NCBI RefSeq assembly: GCF_001447785.1
Contig: NW_015166507.1
Coordinates: 102,501 to 166,500, forward strand
Source of the DNA: Gekko japonicus
Taxonomy: Eukaryota
Reading direction: 5' to 3'
DNA length: 64,000 nucleotides
Made by a program: the position numbers and the translations under genes. Below, piece after piece: positions 23,333 through 36,207 of this stretch. Each line of letters starts with the position of its first letter. The first letter of the stretch is position 1. The notes under the pieces are model-generated. The model ran no database searches. It had not been told where the DNA came from and worked only from the letters and a program-made list of their open reading frames with translations.

Positions 23333-26300
23333 CTGAAAAAAAGCAAAAGGAAAGATCAGAGCTGGCGTCACAGGGACACAAGACGCATTTCCCCATCACC
23401 TTTCGTTCTTCACACGCATTAGTTGCTGGCAATTAGTTCTGTCAACACTGCCGTTCATGTAGATGCTTCTTGGCTTCGCATCCCACAGAGATGCCATTCC
23501 CACAGATTACTTCCCCAAGGGCGCTGGACCACCACAGTCCAGACAGGAGAAAGGGCCCCGCTTCTGTAGCCTCTTCCAGGCCACACACAACACATGGGGA
23601 GTTTTGGGGCACCTGTTTTCCATTACCCTAGCGAACTTGATTAAGTGGGGGAGGGGGGGAGCTTCCTTTTTAGTTTGGAAATGAGGTCACGTCTCAGAAG
23701 TGGAGCGTTCTTTTATAGAGAGTTGGGGGGAAAGGGAGCAATCCCAGGGATCCATTCTGTTCGGTCGAAGGCGCCTTCCTCCGACACGAGAGCCGGAGCA
23801 GAGCACCTCCCCGAGCAGAACGGCTCTCTGGAACCCGGCCCGGAAGCTCCATTTTCCAGCACACACCAAACAGCCAATGTGTTCGTAGTTAATTACTTTA
23901 CCAGCCTTTCAGCTAGAAAAGGTTTCTGGGGTGGCTTACAATCACTTGGAACCCTCTTAAAAACGGCACGTCAAGTGTAAGAGGACTTGCAAAGATGAAC
24001 GCAACAGGCCGAACAAAAGAGTCCAGGGCCATGCGCATGCCCCTTGCCCTGTGAGGTAGTATGGCACTGAGGAAGATGGGCCTGAGGTCAGTAAAGGGGC
24101 TGCTGAATTCGGAGCCACGCACTCACCCCCTGGGGACCCTACCCAACTCTCAGGATCAGCAGGATAGCCAGATTTTATTCCCTCTGTTAATCACTTCTTG
24201 ATGGGCCTGCACCCACCTTACCTCTGAAGTTTGGGGGGCACCCAGAACACCCATTATCGGTTATTAGCTAGGATAGCTAAGCTTGGTCTCCAGGCCCACG
24301 ATCAACACAATGTCCAGAGGACTTATACCTCACTACCATGTGCTAGATGGAAGGTTTGACCTCTGTGCCCTGGTGAGGGTCTTCCAGGGTCTCTCACTGG
24401 CCACTTCGAATGTTATTTATTCAGGTCACTCTTCGTCTGCCTATCTCCCATCAGGAAATAGGGCTCTAGACAAGGCGGGCAGAATGGGACACGGATGATC
24501 AGTGGTCTGGAGACCAAGCCCTCTGAGGAAAGGCTGAGGGACTTGGGAATGTTCAGTCTGGAGAAAAGGAGGTTGAGGGGGGACATGATTGCTCTCTGGA
24601 AGTCTTTGAAGGGCTGTCACTTAGAGGAGGGCAGGGAGCTGTTCCTGTTCGCAGCAGAGGAGAGGACTCGCAAGAATGGGTTTAAATTAAGGGTAGGCAG
24701 GTACCGGCTGAATCTTAGGAATTTATTTTTTTTACAGTAAGACTAGTTCAGCAGTGGAATCAGCTGCCTAGGGAGGTGGTGAGCTCCCCCTCATTGGCAG
24801 TCTTTAAGCAGCAGCTGGACAAACCCTTGTCAGGGATGCTCTAGGATGATCGTGCATTGAGCAAGGGGCTGGACTAGATGGCCTGTATGGCTTCTTCTGA
24901 CTCCGTGACTTTCGGACTTGGTCTAGCAGGCTGCTTTTAGGTTCATATGGGGGCAAGTATTCCTTCTGCTGCCTCAGGCTACTTGGGGCTTTAAGGGTCA
25001 AAAGCCAGCACTTTAATTGCGCTCAGAAAACAGACTGACAATTGGCAGAAGATCTTGGAGGAATCCCGGCCACATCTGCTCTCTCATCCTAGCTGGTAGC
25101 TGGGAGGCTGTTTTGTAAACCAGCAGGAGCTCTGGAAGACCGGCTACCCCGTGAAGCCCCATCATCAGCCTGGGCTTTCTCGGGGACTGGGCAACTGTGG
25201 CAAGGCTGCACTTGCGCAGAAAGGGGTGCAGAGTGGGCACGGCCTGCAAGGTGGAAGAGCAGTCCCCTCTGTTCCATCGGTAGTGCTTGGCACCTATGGT
25301 GCTCGGACTGACCTCTGGCTCCGAGGATGGTGCCAGATGCGCAGCCGCCTATGAAGTAGTTCAGAGGGTCGTCTGGCGCCTCTCGGATCTGCGCGCTGAG
25401 ACACGTGGTCAACCCAAATACGGCTCCAATGGTAGCTGCAAAGAGACCAAAACAGGGCAGGTGTTATTTCATTCAGGCCACCCCACATCCACCGGGCTGA
25501 GCCTCATGTGCCCCCTACTCAGGGCAGGAGGAAGACAGAAATGGGTGCCCAGGGCAGGCTTGTGCCCCATTCCCTCCTCTGCAGGCTCCAAGCCAGAGGC
25601 AATGCAGGCCTGGCAGAAACACAATAAGCTGCAAAAAGCATGTCGGGGTGGAGGGCTTATTTGGCAAGGCAGCCCCCCCCCCCAAGATGTCACCCTGTCT
25701 CCTCCACACCTGAGTGGACCACAATACCTGCTAACATTTAGAGCTAAGGACGAGGACCTTTTAAAACACCCACTTCCCAGTTCTTTTATCTGAAATGAAA
25801 ACGACGTATTTTCTCAAATGTGGTTTCACAGCACAGCCCACAAATCCACCTCTGTCCGTGGGAATGTCAAGAAAGAGGAGAAGAACCAGGGGGGTCTGCA
25901 AAAGCCTCCCCCCAGCCCTGCAACAGGCCCGTCTCGCTTGACCCTAGAACAAAAAAGGAATTTGCACCTGCTGATAACTGTTACGTTTTATGTGCTTAGT
26001 CTCCAGTCCCAGGCATCCACTGAACAGAGTGGGACGTGCATCTGAGTAAACAGGCACAGGATGACCCTGTTAGTGTCTTCACAGTCCCCAGCTTTGAATC
26101 TGGTGATTTCTCAAGCCCTCCAGCTTAGCCAACAAATCTTACTCCCCTCTGAACTTTGAGATTCCCCTCACGGTAGGCCGAATGGCCCCATACCTATCTG
26201 ATATACAAGCACCACAACAGCGCAGAGCCCTTTCTCTAGCAGGATTCAATGCAATACCATCAGCCATCTTGCATGGGAGGTATAATAATATAGTATTTAT

Positions 26301-29300
26301 GGCTAGACTTTGCCACTGTAACTCTGGATGTATTGAGACAGTTTCACATATCTGTTTGCATTGTCAATTTTATGTAGATATACGTTTTAGATATTTAAAC
26401 CCTATTTTAACCAACATGACGGACCTTCCTGGTGCTTTAAAAATGCACCATCTTCTGAATGACTCCGCTTCTGAAATATCAGGGAAGGTAGCCACGTTTT
26501 TACAATCAACTATAAAGCTACGACAGGGAAAAGCTACCAAAATGAGCGACACTTTGTAAAAAATTGTTTTATTTAACATCATGCAATATTATGTAGTCTG
26601 CAAAATGCTTGGTTTTATATGTACATTTCTCTTTTACAGTAATCCTCTTTTAAGGCATTGTTTTATGCCAATAAAGGCTAACTGAACTGAACTGAAGGCT
26701 TAACTCGTTAGCTTAGCGGGGGGCAGGAAAGCAGATCTACTGGTCAGGGATAAGCCACAAGTCCAGTGCTGGCTACTCAGCCAGGGGATACGGCTGCCCC
26801 TGCCAGGAGGAATCTCATACATACGGTGACTGACCAGTGTTCCCTCTAAGCTGAGTTAGTGAGAAGTAGCTCACAGTCTTTTAGCCTCTGGCTCACACAT
26901 TTCTGCCTTAGCTCAGGAAGGATGGCTCCGGAGCAAACAAATTTATGCAGTAGCCAAATCACCTGCTCACAACTTTAATGCCAGGAGCTCACAAAGCAGA
27001 TTTTTTGTTCACAGGACTCCATAGCTTAGAGGGAACACTGATGGTGACCCTGCCCTTCCTCCCAAGGAGCTCAGGGCAGCGGACGGGGTGTCCCCCTCCT
27101 CCATTTTATCCTCCCAACACCCCTGTGAGGCAGGCCAGGCAGAGAGGGTGCAACTGGCCCAGGGTCACTCGGAGCGGAGATTCACACGCCTGTGTCTCCT
27201 CGGTCTGGCATCCTAGCCCCTGCCCCAAAGCAGCCAGCGTGGGATTTACCCATCGTCACCGTAGCCATCGAGGCCCTCTGAACCACCTGCAGGGTTGTGT
27301 CCGGCGGGAACAGAACCATGTGGTAAGCTGAGCCGAACAAACCTATAGAAAGGGAGAAGAAAGCAGCCTCTTTAATAAAAGGGAGGGGGGGGAGGGGAGG
27401 CTAGACCACAGAACCAAAAGCCTTTACACACTTTTAAAATAAGGCATTCAAACTCTGCGGCCATGAAGACAGATTCAGGTGGGGCCGCCGTGTTGGCCTG
27501 AAGCAGCAGAACACAGTTTGAGTCCAGTGGCAACTTTAAGACCAACACAGTTTAATTCTGGGCAAAAGCATTTGTGTGCCCACGAAAGCTTATACCTGGA
27601 CTCAAACTCTGTTGGTCTTAAAGGTGCCAAACTTTGTTTTGTGGCCACGAATAACAGTATTTTGCATTTATATTGTGCGGTGTTTCAAAGTGCTTCCCAT
27701 ATAGACTGTCTTGCTGTCATCTTTACATCAGCCTGGCAAGGTAGGCCAGAATGATGTTGCAAGGGGGAACCGGATCCCAGCCCCTACTCTCACCTCTCTG
27801 AGAGAGGAATCCATGCAGTTCACTCCTACAAAGCCTGTTTGGTGATGCGAGATGGAAGGGGGGTGGGGTGGACATAGAGACCTCGGCTCCATCCTTTCTT
27901 AAGCAGCTACAAAGTCAGCAGCGCCTTCACAAATCACGTTAATCTGAAGTTGCTTCCACATGGAGACGATTCCCTGCAGCAGTGCTCCCTCTAAGCTGTC
28001 GAGTGTTGTGAGCAAAACTTCAACTTTGTGAGCTACTGGCATTAAAAGTTGTGAGCGAGCAATTTGGCTACTGCATACATTAGTCTGCTCTGGAACCATC
28101 CTTCCTGAGCTAAGGCAAAAATGTGTGAGCCAGAGGCTAAAAAAACTGTGAGCTAGCTCACACTAACTCAGCTTACAGGGAACACTGCCCTGCAGAACCC
28201 GCCTAGGCCCCCCCATTTCCTCCCCACACCATGATCTGCTTTTAGAAAGGAAACTGGCAGTGGGCATATCAGAACAGTGTGACAAGGCTGTTCACTCATT
28301 TCATTGAAATGCTTCTCTTCTGCCTCCTCAGGCTCAAGGCAGCTAACAAGACAACGACAAGGTTGCGAGGACACAATGGATACCAGCCCAATTAAGACGA
28401 TAAAAATGCACAAATTCCCAGTTTAAAAGCACAGAGAGTGAGAATGAACAGAGCCGAATCTGCTGAAGCGGTTTACCCCCCGCCCGCCCGCAAATGCTGG
28501 CTGGAACAACACTGTCACACGCCTCCCCAAATATGGCTTCCGTACCTGCTCTGCGCACAGACCGTCCTACAGGAAGACGGATGAGCATCACTGGCACAGG
28601 GACAAGTACGGCAAGATGTGCTTTGCCAATTATTATTATTATTTGCATTTATAGTCACAGTTCTCACTGGGACCCAAGGCAGATTACGAGCACTCTCAAT
28701 CAGAATGTGGACCACAAAACGTGAGGCAGTGAGCAGATCAAAAACTGTGATGACATCTGAATTTAACTGCTAACATTTCTAGTAAGACAGCTGGGCTGAG
28801 ATTACAGACCAGGGGAACAAAAGACAAGAACAAAGCATGCAAACGTATCTGTCTAAAGCAAGAAGGCTATCAGCATAGGAAAGACTTTATCCCGAATGAT
28901 ACTGCAAAGGCCCCCGTCTTACCTGGCCCCACAGAAAATGAAATATACAGTTGCCCCTGCAACATATTTAACACTTCTAGAGATTCCATCACACCACAGG
29001 GCTTTCTCCACGGCCAGATGCAATATCTTCCCCTCAGTGGTAACAGAACCCCAGTATAAAAAGGTACCACTGGCAGAGCGGCTCTGCCCCTGCAGTGCAG
29101 GGAACATAGAATTGATCGAACATGTAATACTACACTGTGGGTATTATGAAGTCAGATTTTCAGGCCAGGTATTCAAAAACATAGACGCACAATAGAAGTC
29201 CTTCTAGATGCGGCCAAAACAGCAATAGCATTGTACTGGAATGAGAAAGAGGCGCCCTCAGTAGAAATATGGTACAAGAAACTTTGGACTCATTACTTAA

Positions 29301-32300
29301 TGGATGCAGTCTCCAAATTACATGTCACAAAACCCAATAAAGTCTAATTTCATAGAAAAATGGTACCCAGTGCTGGATTATCTGTCACAAAAACAATTTA
29401 TCTCATCTGATTGGTCTCAATACCACAAATGGATATAAGATTAATGTAATGACTAGTTCCACAAAATCTCATACTTATTTACTTATTTCTTCTCCACTAG
29501 CTCTAATATTTCACATTAAATCTTCCAAAGGGTCGTAATTGTTATTGTAAGTTGATAATAGAAGTTTCCTTTTCTTTCTTCTCTTTCTTACCGCTCCAAT
29601 AGTTCAGATGGCTTCCTAATGTTTCTGTTAAGTTTACGCCAAGTCTGTTATCTTTCTACTGAAAACATATTCGGAAATGTGATGAGTAATGTATTGTAAT
29701 TCTTTGAACATGTTATATCGTTGTACATACTCAGGAACTATTTACAGGATGTGAACGTAATTGGAAGATTAATTGTTCACTGTTTGAAGTGTTAGAATTG
29801 TTAAAAATTGAAAAAAATAAAAAAAACATTAAAAAAAAATGAAGACAGCAGAGTAAAGGTCACCCACCCTATATTAGAGAGGTTTTATGGGTTTTTGGAT
29901 TTGGAAGTAACCCGGAAACTATTATTTGATCCTAATCCACAGTTCATATTGAATCGTGCTAAATTTTTAGCCATAGCTCATAAAATTCGTAGGGATAAAG
30001 TCCAGAAGTAAATTAGAGGTCACGTGAACTTGTGAGGATACATTTTATTCAATTATGCTGTGAATCATTTTAGAACTTTAATTTGAGTGCTTTTAGAATT
30101 GTGGGTTTTAAACATAAATGTTACAGACAAGATAATCGAATCCTTAAAACTCTGTGTATGGTGGCATCTATAATATTACTGTGGTTTTGATATAGAGATT
30201 TGTGCTGGTTATAAACCGAATAAAATTATTTATTTATTTATTTATTTTATTCCATTTATACCCCGCCCTCCCCGCAATGCGGGCTCATACATGTATTATT
30301 ATTATTATTATTCCTAATAAGACTCCCTTCCTTCATTGAACCATCACATCCCAGCTTTGCTCCTTCTACAAAAATGCCCTCCTGAGCCATTCAGTTTTGC
30401 ACATATGGCAAAACAAGAGGATGCCGAGGGTGGGTGGGGGCTTCATAACAGCCTCAGGCAGACCATCCCACAATGTGGGAGTCACCACAGAGAATGCACG
30501 TGAATGGGCAGCTGCCAGCTTTAGCCATGTGCCAAGGTGGCACCGCCAGAAGGCTTTCCTCAGATGAGCATAGCTGTTGCAGCAGAACACAGCAGGAGGC
30601 AGGCAATCCTGCAGGTGACACTTCACACCTTGAACTGAATCCAGCAGCTGATGGGTGACAAGAGGAATGTCTTCAGAAAGGGAGTGATGTGCAGATTCCA
30701 CTCAGGGCCCGACAGCTGCTGGGCCACAGTGCCCTGTGCCAGCTGTAGTTCTGAGTTGCCTTTAGCGGCAGAGCCACGTGGAGTGCATTACAGATGTCCT
30801 GCCTCAAAGGAACCACAGCGTGGATCCACATGGCCAGGTAAGCAGAGTGGATGCTAATCGCAGTTTCAAATTAACTGCAGTATTAGAATAAAGTAAGACG
30901 GTTAAATTCTCCTCCACAATAGGAGACCATCTTATTTTCCCCAGCGCACACAATCAGAATTAAGTTGTGGGACCCTAAAGTTGTTCAGACCTGGATCTAT
31001 GTTACAATTTAAGGGTAGATGGTCACTTTCCGTTCTAGAACCAACTGCAAAATTGTCAACAAAGGGAGGGTAAAGGGAGAGCAGATGCGGTAGTCAACCA
31101 CACTGCCACCCATATTATTCTGGACTGCCCAGCTGCACACATCCTCACGTATGAAATTTTTACCCCTTCGGCCACACTTATTTTTTAATAAATGTAGAAC
31201 TGTTTAACATTTCCTTAATGATGCCAATACTGATGGTTGCAAAATTCTGAGCAGAATCGGTTGCACTTAGATGCAGATTTTTTACATAATATATACACTT
31301 TTATTGTCTAAATTTATTTGCTGGAACTAAATGTATCATTTCTATATTATTACGCCATTAAAGGTGTCTGGATCCGGATCAAGTGAGCAGAGTGAAAAGA
31401 GGGCCCTCAGCCATGAAAGGTTTTAAGGGTCGTCACCAGCACTCTGAATGGGCCTGGAAGCAAAGAGTGCACTAGACACGCCTCTGGAGTTACATGCTGT
31501 GTTTTGCTTCTGGGACACTTTTAAAGGCAGCCCTATGTACAGCATTGAGGTGGTCAGCTGCGTTGGTCTGAAGCAGAAGAACGAAGAAACAATTCGAATC
31601 CCCACTCTACCATTGCACGCACACGAAGTTTGCTTGAACACAAAAGCTTATCCCCAGAATTAAACTTTGTTGGTCTTCAAGGTGCCAGACTGGACTCAAA
31701 CTTGGTTCTATGTAGAGCAAATTACTGTAATCCAGTCTGGAGGTTATGGATCAGGATGGCCAGAAAGAAGCTCTTAGGAACAGTACTTAGCAACAAGGCC
31801 GGATCTTATCTTCAGTTATTACTGAGAGCTTAACCCCATCTTAGGCTGGTAGAGAGCCAGTGTGGTGGTGCCAGACTATTTATTAAATGGGATTTCTAGC
31901 CCACCCTTCCCTATGCTGTAGGGCTCAGGGCAGATCACAACATTTAAAATCAACATAACTAAATATAACTTAGCTTAAAATCAGCAGTCCCAACAGTCAC
32001 ATTATTCATTCCTTGCTAGATGGCACAGTAAATGGCAGTTCAGGGGATGGTCCAAGGTGGGAAGCCGTCACTCATCCTTGACCATGTGCCTGGTGGAATA
32101 TCTCCACCTTACAAGCCTTGCAAAATAGTTTCATGGGCCCAGGTCTCATTGGACAGAGTGTTCCATCAGGTTGGGGTCGGGGCCATAAAGGCCCTGACCC
32201 TGGATAGCCGGATGGCCTTTGGGCCAAGGATCATCAACAAGTTGTTACCAGCTGAACGGCGTGTCCTTTAGGGGACATGCCAGGAGAGGCAGTCCCTCTG

Positions 32301-34896
32301 AAACATTGGTCCCATACTAGGATCTGAGAGACCCCAATTCAAATCCTCACTCTATCACTGGAAACTAACTGCGTGACTTGGTAGTGATTCTCTGTGACAT
32401 AGACACCTCTCTGTGATACAGACACCTCCAAGAATCTTTACTCTGCATCTCCAGATCAGGGTTAAGAACGAAACCAACTAATTCAAATCAGAGTTAAATT
32501 TACTACAGCTTAAAAAAATATAGCAAAAAGCCTCCTAGTGAACATTGGTGAGGTGGAAATCTGCAACTTTCCATCCATATGCATCCCAAGCCTATTTGAG
32601 AAAACAAAGCCAGGGAAAGCCCAGAAGACAAATAGCTAACAATGATGTCATGCAGAAGACCCCTACCCCCATACTGCAGTTGGGGATGGGGGGCACAGAG
32701 CAAAACCTTTGTGAGGGAACCTGATGTTGGTCAGAATTAACCCATTTAAATCATATTAGGCAGCAGTGTGAGAGACCCTTTCCTCTTAAAGCAATAGAAA
32801 AGAACAAGAGACCAGGAGCACCTCAAAGACTAATAAAATTTGTGGCGGGGGAGCTTTCCTGAGTCATGGCTCACTCACTATCCAATGAAGTGAGCAGTGA
32901 CTCCCCTGCCACAAGTGTCCTTAGTCTTGAAAGTGCTCCTGGACATTTGCTTTTTTTCTCCTGCTACAGACAGACTAACAGGGCCACCCATCTGGATCTC
33001 TCTCTTAAAGCAAGATTTGGTTGATTTAGAGCATTGCCTCCTGGAAGCCACTTTAAGTTAGCCAGACAGAACGGAGGTCAAACCCGCTAGTAATAGGAGG
33101 TGGGAAGTGTTAAAGGTGCTCTTGGGTGCCAGCAGACCCCTCTCTTCCTTTCAGAGCAACCCCAGCGATGAAAGCCTGTTCATCCAGAGTCCCTCTCAAG
33201 CAGCCTGGATTAAGTGGTTCAGGTTCCTTCCGTGGGTTAAGAACGAAACCAACTAATTCAAATCAGAGTTAAATTTACTACCTCTTAAAAAAAATATAGC
33301 AAAAAGACTCCTAGTGATGGAGGGTGGGGGCTAGCAGCGAACATTGGTGAGGTGGAAATCTGCACTTTTCCATCCATATGGTTCCCAAGTGAGAAAACAA
33401 AGCCAGGGAAAGCCCAGAAGACAAATAGCTAATAATGATGTCATGCAGGAGACCCCTACCCCTATACTGCGGTTGGGGATGGGGGGCACAGAGCAAAACC
33501 TTTGTGAGGGAACCTGCAGTTGGTCAGAAATTAACCCATTTAATTAGGCAGCAGTGAGAGAGACCCTTTCCTCTTAAAGCAATAGAAAANNNNNNNNNNN
33601 NNNNNNNNNNNNNNNNNNNNNNNNNNNNNNNNNNNNNNNNNNNNNNNNNNNNNNNNNNNNNNNNNNNNNNNNNNNNNNNNNNNNNNNNNNNNNNNNNNNN
33701 NNNNNNNNNNNNNNNNNNNNNNNNNNNNNNNNNNNNNNNNNNNNNNNNNNNNNNNNNNNNNNNNNNNNNNNNNNNNNNNNNNNNNNNNNNNNNNNNNNNN
33801 NNNNNNNNNNNNNNNNNNNNNNNNNNNNNNNNNNNNNNNNNNNNNNNNNNNNNNNNNNNNNNNNNNNNNNNNNNNNNNNNNNNNNNNNNNNNNNNNNNNN
33901 NNNNNNNNNNNNNNNNNNNNNNNNNNNNNNNNNNNNNNNNTTTTTTCTCCTGCTACAGACAGACTAACAGGGCCACCCATCTGGATCTCTCTCTTAAAGC
34001 AAGATTGGGTTGATTTAGAGCATTGCCTCCTGGAAGCCACTTTAAGTTAGCCAGACAGAACGGAGGTCAAACCCGCTCGTAATAGGAGGTGGGAAGTGTT
34101 AAAGGTGCTCTTGGATGCCAGCAGACCCCTCTCTTCCTTTCAGAGCAACCCCAGCGATGAAAGCCTGTTCATCCAGAGTCCCTCTCAAGCAGCCTGGATT
34201 AAGTGGTTCAGGTTCCTTCCGTGTGGACCATCCTGCTTCCCAAACTGCTGTGACACTGGTGGTGGTGGGGGGAGCTTCTGCGCAGTACTGTCCCCAGGTT
34301 GGCTGCAGGTGTTCCCCCGCCTGCTTTGGGATACATTTTTTCTTGAAAGGAAAGCAGGACAGAGAAAAATGCGGAGGGGATGCGCTCACTCCCTTCCCAC
34401 CCCGTCTCCCGTGACTCTCTGCTGCACAGAAACCACACTGAGATTAAAAGGGGGGAAAGCAAAGGAGAGGGAGGGCAGGAGGGAGAACCGCCCTGCGCCG
34501 CCAGCCCGGGGGCGACTTCCAAGATTTAACCCACTCTTCGTCTGGCCCAAACAAACGGGGCAGCCGAAGGAGACGAGGCCCGCCCGCCCCTCCGTGAAGA
34601 AAAACCCCGGAGGGTGGCCGCGCCGGGCTGCAGCTGGTCTGACCGGCCGCCCGATCCCGCGTCTAACCCTTCTGAAGCCCCTCCCCCCCAATTCGGAGCC
34701 ACTCCGGATCCAGACAGCGAAGGTCACGCGGAGGAGATTCTCCCACCCCACCCCCGCCACACCGGGGAGCCGCCCCGAGCGGCCCCGCCGCCCGCCTTTC
34801 CGGCTCTCCCTCACCGAGCCCGGCCCCGAGGCGCCCCAGCAACCAGGTCTTGCGCGGGCAGTTAGTGCCCTCCGGGATGTCCCAGTAGCCGGACAT
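23223..34896 (-). CDS. NDUFA11: NADH:ubiquinone oxidoreductase subunit A11, complete, 135 aa; exons 34815-34896, 27250-27342, 25313-25435, 23223-23332
   Basis: [135 protein letters not shown]; 82+93+123+110=408 nt; GT-AG introns. Confidence 0.95.
24484..24906 (+). mobile_element. CR1 LINE 3' fragment
   Basis: [24 protein letters not shown], the CR1 ORF2 C-terminal signature. Confidence 0.85.
25313..25435 (-). CDS. NDUFA11: NDUFA11 exon 3
   Basis: [40 protein letters not shown]; ttgcag acceptor, GTCAGT donor. Confidence 0.95.
26080..26696 (+). mobile_element. RTE-X-like LINE 3' fragment
   Basis: [21 protein letters not shown]...[20 protein letters not shown]; AATAAA plus (AACTG)n tail. Confidence 0.7.
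26835..27040 (+). mobile_element. hAT MITE family A
   Basis: TIRs cagtgttccctctaagct and agcttagagggaacactg. Confidence 0.85.
27250..27342 (-). CDS. NDUFA11: NDUFA11 exon 2
   Basis: [30 protein letters not shown]; tatag acceptor, GTAAAT donor. Confidence 0.9.
27980..28187 (-). mobile_element. hAT MITE family A
   Basis: TSD CCCTGCAG. Confidence 0.88.
28860..30230 (+). mobile_element. RTE-X-like LINE 3' fragment split by an L1-like insertion
   Basis: ...[30 protein letters not shown] resumes as [16 protein letters not shown] after the insert. Confidence 0.7.
29152..29838 (+). mobile_element. L1/Tx1-type LINE 3' end with A-rich tail
   Basis: [29 protein letters not shown]...[12 protein letters not shown] resembles an L1 ORF2 C-terminus; TSD ATGAAG (29146-29151 and 29839-29844). 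Confidence 0.7.
30366..30700 (-). mobile_element. Degraded L2 LINE fragment
   Basis: [15 protein letters not shown]...[10 protein letters not shown]. Confidence 0.65.
31875..32320 (-). mobile_element. Degraded L2 LINE 3' fragment
   Basis: ttccatcaggttggggtc...ggccctg and tail similar to 50250-50820. Confidence 0.55.
32459..34223. repeat. Tandem duplication of about 775 bp in NDUFA11 intron 1 (second copy spans an N gap)
   Basis: gggttaagaacgaaaccaactaattc at 32459 and 33234; ttttttctcctgctacagac at 32952 and 33941. Confidence 0.9.
34815..34896 (-). CDS. NDUFA11: NDUFA11 exon 1 coding part
   Basis: ccATG start, [13 protein letters not shown]...; GTGAGG donor. Confidence 0.93.
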
Positions 34897-35063
34897 GGTA
34901 GCGGCGGCGGTGGTGGCAGCAGCGGCTCCGAAAACACCGCGAGACTCGGCCAGCCCCGCGAGAGCGAGGCGGGGCCCCGGCTGGACACTGGCCAATCGGC
35001 GCCCGGGAAGGCCCCGAGGGGGGCGGGCGGTGGGCGTGGCCGGAAGGGCAGCCTGCTCGGAGG
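34897..35063. promoter_or_regulatory. Bidirectional CpG-island promoter shared by NDUFA11 and VMAC
   Basis: 167 bp between the divergent ATGs; contains CCAAT (about 34992), GC box GGGGCGGG (about 35020) and ETS/GABP-type CCGGAAG (35040). Confidence 0.8.
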
Positions 35064-35278
35064 ATGTCTTCGTCGCCCGCCGCCCCGTGCGCGCCCCCGA
35101 CGCCCGTCCAGATCCGCGAGGCCAACGCCCACCTGGCGGCGCTACACGGGCGCGTGGCCGAGCTGGAGCGACGCTTGGCGGCGGCGGAGCAGACGGTGCG
35201 CGGCCAGGCCGAGAGCCTCATCCGCAAGGACCAGGAGACGCGCGGCGCCCTGCAGAGGCTGCGGGAGGACAAGGACAG
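35064..35278 (+). CDS. VMAC: VMAC exon 1 coding part
   Basis: ATG at 35064; donor AG|GTCGGG at 35279; phase 2. Confidence 0.9.
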
Positions 35279-36175
35279 GTCGGGGCCGGGGCGAGGGCGG
35301 CGGAGCAGACGGTGCGCGGCCAGGCCGAGAGCCTCATCCGCAAGGACCAGGAGACGCGCGGCGCCCTGCAGAGGCTGCGGGAGGACAAGGACAGGTCGGG
35401 GCCGGGGCGAGGGGGCACGGTGGTGGTCGGGGCATTCTTTCCGGGAGGGAGCCTTGCCGTAGGCATGCCAGACCCCAGGAGGGAATCATCCTCGGGCTGC
35501 AGAGGTCAGCTCCCCCCCCATAGGGAATGGGTGCTTCGGGGCGGGTGGTTTTACCCCCTCCGAGGTCCCTGCCCACCCCGGGCTCCAGCCCCCAAATCTC
35601 CACCGGTTTCCCAACCAGAGTCTGGCAAACCTTTCCCCCGCCGGTGGCCTGCGCGGGACCTGGGAGGCCTGAAGGGTGGTGGGCAGGGAACCCGATCCTC
35701 CCCCCCCCCCCCCCCCCCTCAACACCTTGTCCGTGCCCCTTGAACTGCCCTATCTCCCCCCTGAAATCAAAACTCGTATGACTTTAGTTTTCGAGAACTT
35801 GAATCTGAGTCAATGACAACTAGGAACTGAAGACCTTTAAAAAAAAACAACCACCAGGTAGTTTTACCGAGACATTAAAAACAGATTTTTTAAAAAAGGT
35901 GGTTCGCTGTGTTGATCTTGAAGCAACAGAAAAAAAAGTTTGAGTCTAGGGGCACCTTTAAGTCCAACAAAGTTTAATTCTTGATATAAGCTTTTGTGTG
36001 AACATACAGGAAAGCTTATGCCCAGAATTAAACTTTGTTGGTCTTTAAGGTGCCCCTAGACTCAAACGTCTTGCAGTGTGTGTGTGTTTTCTCTTCTGAG
36101 TACTAGTGCCTTAAACCAGATGTCTTAATTACTCAGCTCAGGATTAGGATCTCAATCATTCATTCTCACATTCAT

Positions 36176-36207
<32 letters not shown>

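Noticed and set aside
35296-35394. Duplicated segment acting as a separate cassette exon
   Set aside because: It would need a 17-nt intron, too short for spliceosomal removal
34096-35523. 475-aa plus-strand ORF
   Set aside because: Stop-poor CpG island, Arg/Pro/Gly low complexity, non-ATG start, and overlaps real NDUFA11 and VMAC exons antisense or out of frame
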